From NCBI GenBank assembly GCA_043803405.1, contig JAZDKB010000004.1, positions 128,001 to 192,000 of the forward strand: 64,000 nucleotides of DNA, read 5' to 3'. A model generated the notes under the pieces. The model made no database searches. It was not told the DNA's origin and was given only the letters and a program-made list of their open reading frames with translations. Positions within the stretch are counted from its first letter, which is position 1. Each line of letters begins with the position of its first letter. The DNA is from Spirochaetota bacterium. GTDB taxonomy: Bacteria > Spirochaetota > UBA4802 > JAFGDQ01. Of the stretch, positions 51,338-61,861 are shown piece after piece. A program made the position numbers and the translations under genes.

Positions 51338-51756
51338 TCTGCCCTCGATTTGTATTTAATTTATACAGTCGGTGTTATACTCGCATAGTATTAATCAGCA
51401 TATTAAATATGTCAAATAAAATTGATTCTGCTTTAAAGAATTTAACATTCGATATAGCGGGGTTAGGGGGTGAGCCAATAAAAGAGACGCCCTTAACTTA
51501 ATGACATTGAGGATTAGGGATGCACTTTAATTAATATTTTTAAAATATGCTTGCAAAATTGTTTGGTGCAAATAATTCTGCCATTTGTATTTTTGTCTGT
51601 ACGAAATAATAAAAAAAATATTTTTTTATTATTTAAAAGAAATATGCAGTCAAGAAGCTGCGTAATACATTATTAATAACAAACGGCAAAAAAATTTCTT
51701 TTTTTTGCAACTTCTTTAACGGAAATATTGTACTTAAAGTAATGAGATTTGTTTTG

Positions 51757-51946
51757 CGCCTATCGGCTATAAAAACGATAGGCGACTAAATTATTTTTTC
51801 AAGGTAAGTTCGACATTTGCGCCGGGGATGGCGCGCAAAACAGATCGGCAATATCTTGAATCTGAAAACCCCGCGTGCCCCGAAGGTCTCCCGCAGGCTT
51901 GACACCAGTCCTGCTTCGGCGAGAGCATCGGCAGTTTGCTGCGGGG
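51757..51946. other. GC-rich multi-hairpin region upstream of acyl-CoA dehydrogenase
   Basis: Three consecutive structures: 51757-51784, 51798-51860, 51869-51946. Confidence 0.5.
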
Positions 51947-51971
51947 AATTTTATTATAGAACGGGAAAAAA

Positions 51972-53843
51972 ATGGCAAATTTGTTAGTAGAAAAAAGGGA
52001 TATAGATTTTGTACTGTATGAACAGTTCAATATAGCAGACCTGATCAAAAATGCAAGATTTTCTCACTGCTCTAAAGAGGACTTTGATATGATAATAGAG
52101 CATGCGCTTAAATTCGCAGAGAACGTACTGGCACCCATTAACAGGGAAGGCGACGAACTGGGCGCTGTGTGGGAAAACGGCGAAGTCAGATTGCCCGAGT
52201 CGGCCAGGAAGGCGCTAAAGGAATTCGGGGAAGCGGGCTGGGTTTCCATGACCGACGATTTCGAGTCCGGCGGGCAGCAGCTCCCCATGAGCGTATACGC
52301 TGCAGCATACGAAATGTTTTTCGCTGCAAACGCCGGTCTTGCTCTGTACCCCTGCCTTACACACGGCGCAGGTAAAATGGTAGATCTTTTCGGCACCGAC
52401 GAACAGAAGAATAAGTATCTTGAAAAACTATTTACATTCGACTGGTGCGGTACAATGTGCCTTACTGAAACCGGCGCCGGAAGCGATCTCGCTCACGTAA
52501 CCACTAAAGCCGTGAAAGCCGACGACAAGCGTTATAAAATAACCGGACAAAAAATATTCATTTCGAGCGGCGAGAACGACGCAAAGGAAAATATAATACA
52601 TCCGGTGCTTGCAAGGATTGAAGGCGATCCCAGGGGCATAAAAGGGATTTCAATATTCCTCGTTCCAAAGTACAGGCTTAAAGAAGACGGCACTCCGGGC
52701 GAATTCAACGATGTACACTGCACTGGCATTGAGCATAAAATGGGATTGCATGTTTCATCGAGCGCTCAGCTTTCTTTCGGAGACAACAATGAGTGCTTCG
52801 GCGAACTGCTCGGCGAGCCCCGCCAGGGTATCCTGATCATGTTCCACATGATGAACGAAGAGCGCTACGTTGTAGGTTTGCAGGCGCTGGGTCTTTCTTC
52901 CGCAGCTTACCTGAACGCGCTGAATTATGCAAGGCAAAGGCTTCAGGGCACGGATATTTCCCGTAAGGGCGCATCAATGGAACTTGTCCCTATCATCAAA
53001 CACCCGGACATAAGACGTAGCCTGCTTTTCATGAAATCGTATGTTGAAGGTCTGAGAGCCCTTAATTATTTCAACGCTCTTTGCATGGATAAAAGCAAAT
53101 CTGAAACCGATGAGAACGAGAAAAAGATATATTCCGGACTTGTAGAATTTTTCACGCCAATATCCAAGGCATATACCACGGATTGGGTATGGGATATTAC
53201 CGAACAGGCAATTCAGATATACGGTGGCTATGGATATTGCCAGGATTACCCGGTTGAACAGTTCGCAAGAGACAGTAAAATATTATCGCTATACGAAGGC
53301 ACAAACGGCATACAGGCAATTGATCTCCTGTCGCGAAAGCTGGGTCTTCAGAATGGCAAAGTCTTTAAACATATTTTAAATGAAATTGATAAAACCGTTA
53401 ACGAAGCCATGAAAGATGAATCTTTGAAAAGATATGCGCGTATTGTTATTGACGCCAAAAGCAGCCTGATAAAAGCTGCTGATCATCTGACGGGGCTGAT
53501 TAATGCCGGTAAAGTTCATAACGCGTTTTTAAGCGCGACGCCGTTTTTGGAGGTTGTAGGCGATACACTGCTCGGCTGGATGCATTTATGGCAGCTGATG
53601 ATCGTGAATAAAAAGTTAAATATAATTTTCACTGAAAAGAACGCGAAAAGCAAAGAAGATAAAATAAAAATAAAAAATGAAAATAAAGAAGCTGCTTTTT
53701 ATTCAGGGAAAGAGCATTCGGCCAGGTTTTTTATTACGAAAGTGCTGCCTTTGCAGAAATCCAAAGTAGAAACAATTTTAAATGAGGATACCGACGCTCT
53801 TGATATTGAAGGCGTATCTTTCGGCGAAGAAATGAATAATTAG
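51972..53843 (+). CDS. Acyl-CoA dehydrogenase (long ~600-aa type)
   Basis: TMCLTE..AGSDL, KIFIS, EHKMG, GGYGY, YEGTNGIQA. Confidence 0.93.
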   Translation: MANLLVEKRDIDFVLYEQFNIADLIKNARFSHCSKEDFDMIIEHALKFAENVLAPINREGDELGAVWENGEVRLPESARKALKEFGEAGWVSMTDDFESGGQQLPMSVYAAAYEMFFAANAGLALYPCLTHGAGKMVDLFGTDEQKNKYLEKLFTFDWCGTMCLTETGAGSDLAHVTTKAVKADDKRYKITGQKIFISSGENDAKENIIHPVLARIEGDPRGIKGISIFLVPKYRLKEDGTPGEFNDVHCTGIEHKMGLHVSSSAQLSFGDNNECFGELLGEPRQGILIMFHMMNEERYVVGLQALGLSSAAYLNALNYARQRLQGTDISRKGASMELVPIIKHPDIRRSLLFMKSYVEGLRALNYFNALCMDKSKSETDENEKKIYSGLVEFFTPISKAYTTDWVWDITEQAIQIYGGYGYCQDYPVEQFARDSKILSLYEGTNGIQAIDLLSRKLGLQNGKVFKHILNEIDKTVNEAMKDESLKRYARIVIDAKSSLIKAADHLTGLINAGKVHNAFLSATPFLEVVGDTLLGWMHLWQLMIVNKKLNIIFTEKNAKSKEDKIKIKNENKEAAFYSGKEHSARFFITKVLPLQKSKVETILNEDTDALDIEGVSFGEEMNN

Positions 53844-53877
53844 TAAAATATATAAATATAATTACGGAGATTCCGGG

Positions 53878-54267
53878 ATGGAAGAGATTTTAAAAAAAGC
53901 GAATGAACTCGGCCTTATGATAAAAGGCAGTGAAATAACTCAAAGACTGGAAGAAATAACAAAAAGACTGGATCAGGATAATGAAGCCAAAAAGATGGTT
54001 GATGAGTATATTAAACTTAGCCAGGACCTTCAGAGAAAAGAGACAGCCGGCATATTAATTGAGGATGATGAGAATAAAAAGATTCAGGAACTGAGTGAAA
54101 AAATGTCGGTAAATGAGATTATTAAAGAGTATATTGCAACTCAGAATTATTTTATGAATATGATGATGCAGGTTCAAAATGTAATTTCTGATCCCAAGGG
54201 AGAGCCGATAAAAGAGTCTAAAATAATTACTCCGGGCAGTTCAGGAAAAATATTCACAGGAATATAA
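53878..54267 (+). CDS. YlbF/YmcA-family regulator
   Basis: Helical protein, ILKKANELG start, EYIATQ...MM.V..IS. Confidence 0.7.
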   Translation: MEEILKKANELGLMIKGSEITQRLEEITKRLDQDNEAKKMVDEYIKLSQDLQRKETAGILIEDDENKKIQELSEKMSVNEIIKEYIATQNYFMNMMMQVQNVISDPKGEPIKESKIITPGSSGKIFTGI

Positions 54268-54337
54268 ATCTATATTTTAACAGGATTATAAGTTTGTCAT
54301 TTATTTTAATAATATGATAAGCACTGTTTTAGTTTTT

Positions 54338-54360
54338 GTATGGCGGATCATGATCCGCCC
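54338..54360. repeat. REP-like perfect palindrome
   Basis: GTAT + GGCGGATCATGATCCGCC (18-bp perfect palindrome) between convergent genes. Confidence 0.6.
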
Positions 54361-54381
54361 TTGTCGGTATTTCGTAGCTTT

Positions 54382-54900
54382 TTAGCTGTGCTCCAGAATT
54401 TCAATCAAATCGAGTTTGATCTTTGCCTGGTACGCAAAATTGGAATCCGGATGTTCTTCGATAAGCGATAGAAAGATTTGTTTTGCGTTATCAAGAAAGC
54501 CCATTTTCTGGTAGCAGATACCGGACATGAAATACGCTTCTATTCCTTCTTCAGAATTGCTGTATTCTTCGTATAAAGAGTTAAAAGACTTAATCGACTT
54601 AATATAATTAAATTGCTCAAAATAAATTAGTGCAACATTCTTATAAGCTTCCTTCCTGTGTGCTCCATTAATATATATCTCAAGATATTCGGTAAAAAGC
54701 ATTAACGCTGTATCGTATTTTTTTAATTTATAAAATTCATTGGCGTTCGCGAACTGAGTATGATCTGTAAATCTCCCTAAATCAATCTTTTCTTCTTTTG
54801 CTTTCGGTTCTGCAGGCGCTTGTGCCTGTGTCTGTGAAAACAGACCTGGTTCTGTAGTGCAAAATAAAAGCAGCAGAATAATATTTATTGTAATTTTCAT
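54382..54900 (-). CDS. Exported TPR protein (YbgF/CpoB/BamD-like)
   Basis: Signal peptide, three TPRs, HPDS..A..AK. Confidence 0.78.
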   Translation of the reverse strand: MKITINIILLLLFCTTEPGLFSQTQAQAPAEPKAKEEKIDLGRFTDHTQFANANEFYKLKKYDTALMLFTEYLEIYINGAHRKEAYKNVALIYFEQFNYIKSIKSFNSLYEEYSNSEEGIEAYFMSGICYQKMGFLDNAKQIFLSLIEEHPDSNFAYQAKIKLDLIEILEHS

Positions 54901-55049
54901 GTTTGCGTTTTTACTCTTGGGATTCTATGCCGGAAATTTCAGGCTCATGTTGTATTATCGGCCTGATAAAGGCGGATTTTGACTTAAAAATCATGACTTC
55001 TGCAAAGCACTTTTGTAAGCGCTATTGGTTAAAGTGATCGTAAATACAG

Positions 55050-55904
55050 CTAGCCCTTCTTGAGGTGCATAAGCACTGTTTCATCCATTTTAAATGCATG
55101 TTCCTGCTTTGGAAATTCTCCATTTGTAACTTCTTTAATATAGGATTTAACTGCTTCTTCTATAAGGGGATACAGGCTGGCGTATTGCTTTACGAACTTC
55201 GGCACAAATTTCTCAAACAGGCCGAGCATGTCGTTTATTACGAGCACCTGCCCGTCGCAGAATGCCCCTGCGCCGATACCGATTGTCGGTATATTAATAC
55301 TTTCAGTGATGAGCTTTGACAATAGTTCAGGAACACATTCCAGAACGAGCATGCATGCGCCCGCTTCTTCCACTGCAATTGCTGAATCTAAGAGGTGCTG
55401 CGCGGTCTCGACATCCTTTCCCTGCACTATGCCGTCAAGCGAGCCCGCAGTCTGCGGCGTATAACCTATATGCCCCACAACCGGTATACCGATATCCGCA
55501 AGGCTGTAAATAGTATCAGCCATGTGAACGCCGCCTTCAAGCTTAACTGCATCGCAGCCGGCTTCTTTCATAAAACGGCCTGCGTTTTTAATGGCTTCCT
55601 CGATGGATACATGGTAGGACATAAAAGGCATGTCTCCGATCAGGAAAGCATATTTTACTCCGCGGCGCACTGCTTTGCAGTGATGCAGCATTTCTTCCAT
55701 TGTAACGGGAACCGTACTGTCGTAGCCGAGGATCACATTGCCGAGGGAATCTCCGACTAATACCGTATCAATTCCCGATTTATCCAGAACCGTTGCGATC
55801 GAATAATCATAGGCCGTAAGCATGGATATTTTTTCGCCTTTTGCTTTTTTATCTCTTAAAAACATAGGGGTAATTTTTTTTCTTTCAGTATTTTTATGAG
55901 TCAT
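55050..55904 (-). CDS. panB: 3-methyl-2-oxobutanoate hydroxymethyltransferase
   Basis: MLTAYD, LVGDSLG, DMPFMSY, VKLEGG, GIGAG. Confidence 0.96.
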   Translation of the reverse strand: MTHKNTERKKITPMFLRDKKAKGEKISMLTAYDYSIATVLDKSGIDTVLVGDSLGNVILGYDSTVPVTMEEMLHHCKAVRRGVKYAFLIGDMPFMSYHVSIEEAIKNAGRFMKEAGCDAVKLEGGVHMADTIYSLADIGIPVVGHIGYTPQTAGSLDGIVQGKDVETAQHLLDSAIAVEEAGACMLVLECVPELLSKLITESINIPTIGIGAGAFCDGQVLVINDMLGLFEKFVPKFVKQYASLYPLIEEAVKSYIKEVTNGEFPKQEHAFKMDETVLMHLKKG

Positions 55905-56127
55905 TAGATTCCTCCGTATATTAACGATTAAATCATCCTGATATAATATTTAATTCTCTGAATTCGTTAATGTCAACTCAATAATTGAGCGATGCTCTCA
56001 TTGACAATGGCCGGATATCGGGGACTAACCGATATTTTAAAAATTATTCTGGCAATTTGCAGGCATTTAAAATAATGTGACCGTCTTAGCAGCTAAGATA
56101 ATATTACTTTTAGTTAAGGAAATCAAT

Positions 56128-57195
56128 ATGAAGATCGGTATAATCGGGTTGCCGAACAGCGGTAAAAAGACATTATTCAAACTTTTAACAGGCGTGCAGG
56201 TTGCAGCAGGCGGAGAATTAAAATCGATTCCGGGCATTGCGGAGATACGCGACAGCCGCTTTATGTTTTTATCGGGATTATATAAACCGAAGAAAAATGC
56301 GCCTGCGCAAATCTCAATGGAACTGATGCCCGATCTTGACAGGCGCATTATACAGGAGGGCAATATTTTCAAGGATATTGCTAATCTGGATGCTATATGT
56401 TTTGTTGTACGGTCGTTTAATGACGAGTCCGTTTATCATGTAAACGGATCTGTGGATCCTGTGCGCGATATAGAAGAGATCACAGGTGAGCTTATTCTTC
56501 ACGATCTTCTGTTTATAGAAAAGCGCATGGAACGCATTGCCAAGAACTTAAAGAAAGCGGGCGCGGATCAGTATAAAAAAGAAGAAGCGCTGCTGCTCGC
56601 TTTTAAAGAGCATCTTGAAAAGGATTTACCTTTGCGTACATGTGAAATAACCGAAGAGGATAAAAAGATTATTTTAAGCTATCCGTTCATAACTTTAAAG
56701 GATCTGATCATTGTGCTGAATGCAGGCGATAACGAAATATCCGATATGAAATTAAAAGATATGCTTGGCAGCAAATACGCTGCGCACAGGATTAATATTA
56801 TGCAGATCTCGGCAAAGCTTGAGGCGGAGATACAGGCTCTGGAGTCTCCCGAGGAGCGCGCTGAATTCATGGCGGCATCGGGTATAAGCGAGCCTGCGGT
56901 AAACCTGCTGACGCAGCTCTGCATGAAAGCGCTCGGGCTTATTTCGTTTTTTACAGTAGGCGAGGACGAAGTAAAGCAATGGCTCATTAAGAAAGATTCG
57001 CTTGCTCCCGAAGCGGCCGGAGCAATTCACTCCGATATTGAGCGCGGTTTCATCAGGGCAGAGGTCATGAAATATGACGAGTTCGTTTCATATGGCAGTG
57101 AGGAGAAATTGAAGCAGGCAGGCAAATATTATATAATGGGAAAAGACTACGCGGTCGGGGACGCGGACATAATAAATTTCAGGTTTAATGTGTAA
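56128..57195 (+). CDS. ychF: YchF/OLA1-family NTPase with divergent G motifs
   Basis: GLPNSGK, FFTVG, AAG.IHSD..RGFIRAEV, C-terminal FRFNV; start ATG 56128. Confidence 0.85.
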   Translation: MKIGIIGLPNSGKKTLFKLLTGVQVAAGGELKSIPGIAEIRDSRFMFLSGLYKPKKNAPAQISMELMPDLDRRIIQEGNIFKDIANLDAICFVVRSFNDESVYHVNGSVDPVRDIEEITGELILHDLLFIEKRMERIAKNLKKAGADQYKKEEALLLAFKEHLEKDLPLRTCEITEEDKKIILSYPFITLKDLIIVLNAGDNEISDMKLKDMLGSKYAAHRINIMQISAKLEAEIQALESPEERAEFMAASGISEPAVNLLTQLCMKALGLISFFTVGEDEVKQWLIKKDSLAPEAAGAIHSDIERGFIRAEVMKYDEFVSYGSEEKLKQAGKYYIMGKDYAVGDADIINFRFNV

Positions 57196-57252
57196 GTATA
57201 GTACATGGATTAAGTTTTAATCCGGCATATAATTATATTGCGTACCGGAGGA

Positions 57253-57654
57253 TTACATTTTACCTTCAAAGAAACTTTTATAATTCATATCCGTCTTTTG
57301 AATATGATTTATAAGCCAGTTGCTCAGGAAATTCATCAGTTCCAGTGAAAAAGTAGATTTACCGGATTTAAGACGTTCGTAAAAATCTTCGACCTGCGAA
57401 GTGAGCGAGTCGTGCTCTTTCTTGTGCGTTACATAATCGGCATATTTGTGTTTCACCATTGAATCTTCTTCATGCTTAAAATGTATCTTTGTGTAATTCA
57501 CAAGGCCCGTAAGTATTTCTGTCATTGTTTTCTGCGCGGTTCCTATCTGCAGCGCATGATTGAGTTTATTGATATAATTTATAAGCTGCTTATGCTCTTC
57601 ATCAAACGATTTTACACCAACGCTTATTTTATCTGTCCACATAATTGGTTCCAT
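57253..57654 (-). CDS. Bacteriohemerythrin
   Basis: EHK, HFKHEE, HKKEH, WLINHI..D iron ligands. Confidence 0.95.
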   Translation of the reverse strand: MEPIMWTDKISVGVKSFDEEHKQLINYINKLNHALQIGTAQKTMTEILTGLVNYTKIHFKHEEDSMVKHKYADYVTHKKEHDSLTSQVEDFYERLKSGKSTFSLELMNFLSNWLINHIQKTDMNYKSFFEGKM

Positions 57655-57769
57655 CTGAAGTCTCCTTTTAATTGCTTAAATAATGCGGATATTTAATAAA
57701 TTAATCAACGGCAATTATATAACTTATTTTAAAAAAATCAAATATAAATATAAAGGAATCCATTAAGTA

Positions 57770-58573
57770 TTATTTTAAATATTTTAACGCGAACTTTTCA
57801 ATGCCGGCCCAGGTACGGTCCCTGACTTCCCTGATTCTCAGCTTATCTACTGTCAGGGTATCATAATTAAAATAACCGTCGTTAAGATAAAGCGAGGTTG
57901 AAATGGAAAGCCTGAGCATTGGTATTTTACCCTGGCCGTATGTTTCCAGAATGTATCCGTTGCTTTGAGGATTATTGATGGAAAATTTTTCAGAAACAGT
58001 ACAGTCTTCACTGCCGAAGTATTTTTTAAAGGAGGAGAGGAAATTTTCGGCTGTTTCAACCGGGCAGGTTCGCATGCTCCTGATGTCGCCTTTAATTATA
58101 TTTTCTATGTCGATCAGCGGCCTTGGCCTGCCTGCGTCTTTTGCGTGTCTTGGGCCGACCGGCATCATGGTACGACATTCGATTATAAGTTTAATATTCC
58201 CTGTTTTCAGGGCGTTTTGTATACTGTAGTGAAACGGACTATAGTATCTTTTTAGGATATTATAAATTGCGATATCGTCTGGGAATATTTTTTCTTTGAA
58301 TATTTTTCTTCCGCCAGGCGATTCCTTTTTAATAACGCCATCCGGGAACTGCGGAGGAAGCATTGAACTCGGCCTGTCAGTGTCTATAAAAAGACGCGAT
58401 ATGTGCGTGCCAAATTTTGCCGCAGCATCTTCAAAGTTAAACAGATCGTTGGCAAAAGCATCGGATTCTATGAATATTCCGAACTCGTCTATTTGCTCAT
58501 GCCCGGCAAGTTCATCCGGCACTGTTCGTCCGCCGTGCGGTATAATAATGAGTATAGGCAGTTTTGCTTTCAT
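57770..58573 (-). CDS. N-formylglutamate amidohydrolase-like protein
   Basis: IPHGG, SR..ID.DR, YY.PFH motifs. Confidence 0.75.
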   Translation of the reverse strand: MKAKLPILIIIPHGGRTVPDELAGHEQIDEFGIFIESDAFANDLFNFEDAAAKFGTHISRLFIDTDRPSSMLPPQFPDGVIKKESPGGRKIFKEKIFPDDIAIYNILKRYYSPFHYSIQNALKTGNIKLIIECRTMMPVGPRHAKDAGRPRPLIDIENIIKGDIRSMRTCPVETAENFLSSFKKYFGSEDCTVSEKFSINNPQSNGYILETYGQGKIPMLRLSISTSLYLNDGYFNYDTLTVDKLRIREVRDRTWAGIEKFALKYLK

Positions 58574-58672
58574 TTTCCTGGTGTAATGCCCGGCGCAAGG
58601 TTTTATATCTTATTCTTATTTTATTTATGGATTATTTAGTGAGATAGACTCTTATCTGTTTATTTAAAAAGC

Positions 58673-60169
58673 CTACATATATTTCGGCTTAGTATAGGAG
58701 TACATATCGTGCACTCCGCCTTCCATCTGGGCGGATACTGATCTGAGTTCGAACCTGAGTTCTCCGGCATATAATAGTCCGTGAAGTGTCGGGATGTCCT
58801 TTGCGCCCATATCCTGGAACGAGTGCTTTAACCCCTGTATCAGATACTGCACATAATCGAATAGCGATCCCTTGTCCATAACGGCTCCCGAAACTCCCTG
58901 GGCAACTTTAATTTTGCTGTCCTCTGCAAAGTATCTCTTTGCCCCGCCTTCTTTCATTGCTTCGAGCGAGGCCATGCCTCTGTATTTTTTAAGGCGTACG
59001 CCGTTTTCGTAAAAATATTCCCCCGGAGCTTCATCGGTTCCGGCAAACATGGAGCCCATCATAACGGTTGATGCTCCGAGCGCGAGTGCTTTTGCGATGT
59101 GCCCGATGTTGGCAATGCCCCCGTCCGCAATTACCGGGACGCCGGTTTCTTTTGCGTACTTAGCGCATCTGTATATGGCGTTTGCCTGCGCCCTGCCCAC
59201 AGCCATTGTTGTCTGTGTTGTGCAGATTGAGCCCGGGCCCATGCCTATGCGGAGCGCGTCTGCGCCTGCGCTGATAAGGTTTGCGCATTGGTCCTCGGTT
59301 ACCACATTGCCGCAGATAACGTCCAGTTCCGGATATCTCTTTTTAATATATTTCAGCATTTCTATCTGGAACACTGAGTTGCCCTGCGCGGAATCAATAA
59401 TAATTACATTGACTCCTGCGCTTGCAAGCGCTTCCAGCCTGTCCTTCGATTCATCCCTTGTTGAAATGGAAGCGCCTACCATAAGCTGTTTTTTATTATC
59501 CTTGGATGCAAACGGATATTCCCGGTTAGTGTGAAGGTCGTTCCTGCTCATTAAAGCTACAAGATTTCCATTCTTGTCTACAATGGGAAGCTTCCCCTTC
59601 TTCGATTTTTTCAGTATCTCGTTTGCTTCTTTTAATGATATGCCTTCAAGGGCAGTTACAAGGTTGGTAGTCATTACTTCGCCGAGTCTTTTTTCCCTGT
59701 CTGTTTCAAAATCGATATCGCGGTTTGTGACTATTCCAAGAAGCTTTGAATTGAGCTTTCCGTTTTCAGTGATCGGTATACCGGAAAATCCGTATCTTTG
59801 CCTGATTTTATCTATTTCAGATATTTTGAAGTCAGGAGAAAGAACAATAGGATTGTTTATAAAACCGTTTTCATATCTTTTTACTTTTTTTATCTCAACA
59901 AATTGTTCTTCAATAGTGTTATTATAATGGATGAATCCGACGCCGCCCAGAAGGGCAAGTCCTATTGCCATTTTCGATTCGGTGACCGTATCCATTGGAC
60001 TTGATGAAAGAGGTTTTTTTATTTTTATGTTCTTTGTAAGGTTTGTTTCAAGGGAAACGTCGTCGGGATTAAAGTCGATAAATCCCGGTAAAATAATGAA
60101 GTCGTCAAAGGCAAGTCCTTTATGTGATCCGAATATTTCCGCCGCCGAGCTGCCGTCTTTATTTGCCAT
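58673..60169 (-). CDS. guaB: IMP dehydrogenase
   Basis: [11 protein letters not shown] pair, [14 protein letters not shown]. Confidence 0.96.
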   Translation of the reverse strand: MANKDGSSAAEIFGSHKGLAFDDFIILPGFIDFNPDDVSLETNLTKNIKIKKPLSSSPMDTVTESKMAIGLALLGGVGFIHYNNTIEEQFVEIKKVKRYENGFINNPIVLSPDFKISEIDKIRQRYGFSGIPITENGKLNSKLLGIVTNRDIDFETDREKRLGEVMTTNLVTALEGISLKEANEILKKSKKGKLPIVDKNGNLVALMSRNDLHTNREYPFASKDNKKQLMVGASISTRDESKDRLEALASAGVNVIIIDSAQGNSVFQIEMLKYIKKRYPELDVICGNVVTEDQCANLISAGADALRIGMGPGSICTTQTTMAVGRAQANAIYRCAKYAKETGVPVIADGGIANIGHIAKALALGASTVMMGSMFAGTDEAPGEYFYENGVRLKKYRGMASLEAMKEGGAKRYFAEDSKIKVAQGVSGAVMDKGSLFDYVQYLIQGLKHSFQDMGAKDIPTLHGLLYAGELRFELRSVSAQMEGGVHDMYSYTKPKYM

Positions 60170-60384
60170 GTGAAATACCCCTGGTTTAAACTGTTAATTT
60201 TGATATAAAGTAATAACTTATTTTTAAAAATTCAAGCAAAAATATATAAAATAAGCAATAGACAGGAAGCTTGTTTATTGTGCAATTATTTTATGTTGAC
60301 ACATGTAAGGAATATTTTAAGTTTTTAATAACGATGATATTATTATCATAAAGAAATTAGATTGTTATTCTGATAACAGCAATA

Positions 60385-60583
60385 TAAACTGAAGATTATC
60401 AGAATTCATCTTAAAAAACCGATGCTTTAAAAATTAGATAGACTTAATAAAAATTTCCTGCGGAACTCGGACAACACTTGGAAAAACTCAAACAGTCCTC
60501 GAAAATTTTTATTAAGTCTATCTAATTTGAACATCGCAAACTATTTACAACTTAAAGATGAGTTTTGATTATGTTTCGGCTTA
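60385..60583. other. Long rod-like palindromic element, copy B (structured RNA or MITE candidate)
   Basis: 26-bp perfect inverted repeat 60431-60456/60503-60528 around TGCGGAA...GTCCTC; outer stem with G-U pairs. Confidence 0.65.
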
Positions 60584-60708
60584 GTACATGTTTCAGTAGG
60601 CGTCAAATATCAGTATAAATGCTCTCGTTAGAGCATAGATAAAATATCTATTTAAATAGGTGCTTACTACATCTGATTAGCTATTATTTATATAAGAGGG
60701 ATATTTTT

Positions 60709-61827
60709 ATGCAAAGGAAATTTATCGTTTTTATTTTATCTGTGCTGGTTGTAATTATCTGTTCCGGCGGACTGCATGCGGCTGATACAATAAAACTGGG
60801 AGTTGCGGGCGCGCATAGCGGGGACCTTGCGTCCTACGGTATTCCGTCTGTGCATGCGGCCGAGCTGGTAGTGGAAGCAGTTAATGCAAAGGGAGGCATA
60901 CTCGGAAAAAAAGTTGAGCTTTTAATAGAGGATGATGCATGCAAGCCGGAAATATCGACCAATACTGCAACAAAGCTGATATCCAGGGGAGCTAAAGTGG
61001 TCATGGGGCATATATGCAGCGGCGCCACTAAATCGGCTCTGGGAATTTATAAAGACTCGAAAATAATATGCATGTCCCCGTCTGCGACCAATCCTCCGCT
61101 TACAAAAAGCGGCGAGTATCCTAACTTTTTCAGGACAATAAGCCCGGACGATGCGCAGGCGCGGCTTGAGGTTAATTTTGCCGTCAATGTTCTTAAGCTC
61201 AGAAGGATAGCTGTTATACACGACAAGGGGGATTACGGCAAAGGCCTTTCTGAATTCGCGAAGGATTTTATCGAGAAATCCGGAAAGGCAAGGGTTGTGC
61301 TTTACGAAGGAGTGACCCCGGGCGCTGTGGATTACTCTGCGGTTGTGCAAAAGATAAGGCATTCCGGCGCAGAAGGCATAATATACGGCGGTTATCATCC
61401 GGAAGCTGCAAAAATTATAATGCAGATAAAAATTAAAAGAATGAATGTTCATTTTATTTCAGATGATGGAGTAAAGGATGACACATTTATAAAAGTGGCC
61501 GGCAAATATTCCGAAGGGGTATACGCGACAGGCCCTAAGGACACATCAAAAAATTCGCTTGCGCTGAAAGCCGCAAAGGATCACAGGGCGAAATACGGTT
61601 CAGATTATGGCGCATTTTTTCTGAATGCTTATGCTGCAACGCAGGCCCTGCTTAACGCAATTCAGAAAGCAGGCAGCACCGATTACAATGCCGTGTCCAA
61701 AGCGTTAAGAAAAGAATATGTTGAAACTCCCCTTGGCAAAATAAGTTTTGATAAACGCGGAGATGCGATCGGAGTCGGTATCTCTATGTACCAGGTTAAG
61801 AACGGGGTTTATGTGGAAGTAAAATAA
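60709..61827 (+). CDS. livK: Branched-chain amino acid ABC transporter substrate-binding protein
   Basis: Signal peptide, EDDAC, GHICSG, SPSATNP, YGGYHPEA. Confidence 0.92.
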   Translation: MQRKFIVFILSVLVVIICSGGLHAADTIKLGVAGAHSGDLASYGIPSVHAAELVVEAVNAKGGILGKKVELLIEDDACKPEISTNTATKLISRGAKVVMGHICSGATKSALGIYKDSKIICMSPSATNPPLTKSGEYPNFFRTISPDDAQARLEVNFAVNVLKLRRIAVIHDKGDYGKGLSEFAKDFIEKSGKARVVLYEGVTPGAVDYSAVVQKIRHSGAEGIIYGGYHPEAAKIIMQIKIKRMNVHFISDDGVKDDTFIKVAGKYSEGVYATGPKDTSKNSLALKAAKDHRAKYGSDYGAFFLNAYAATQALLNAIQKAGSTDYNAVSKALRKEYVETPLGKISFDKRGDAIGVGISMYQVKNGVYVEVK

Positions 61828-61861
61828 ATGCTGGGGCCACGGGAATTAATAATATAAAATA

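Noticed and set aside
51440..51720. c-di-GMP-I riboswitch
   Set aside because: Only fragments (TAGCGGGGTTA, GGCAAA) are present, in the wrong order and without the P2 GNRA hairpin.
51791..52048. 85-aa minus-strand ORF
   Set aside because: It overlaps the ACAD start in antisense and runs through palindromic DNA, so it is probably spurious.
60385..60583. 6S RNA or T-box for liv
   Set aside because: No T-box motif is present. The size fits 6S, but the long perfect stem and a second copy sharing the core argue against it. Not fully excluded without cmscan.
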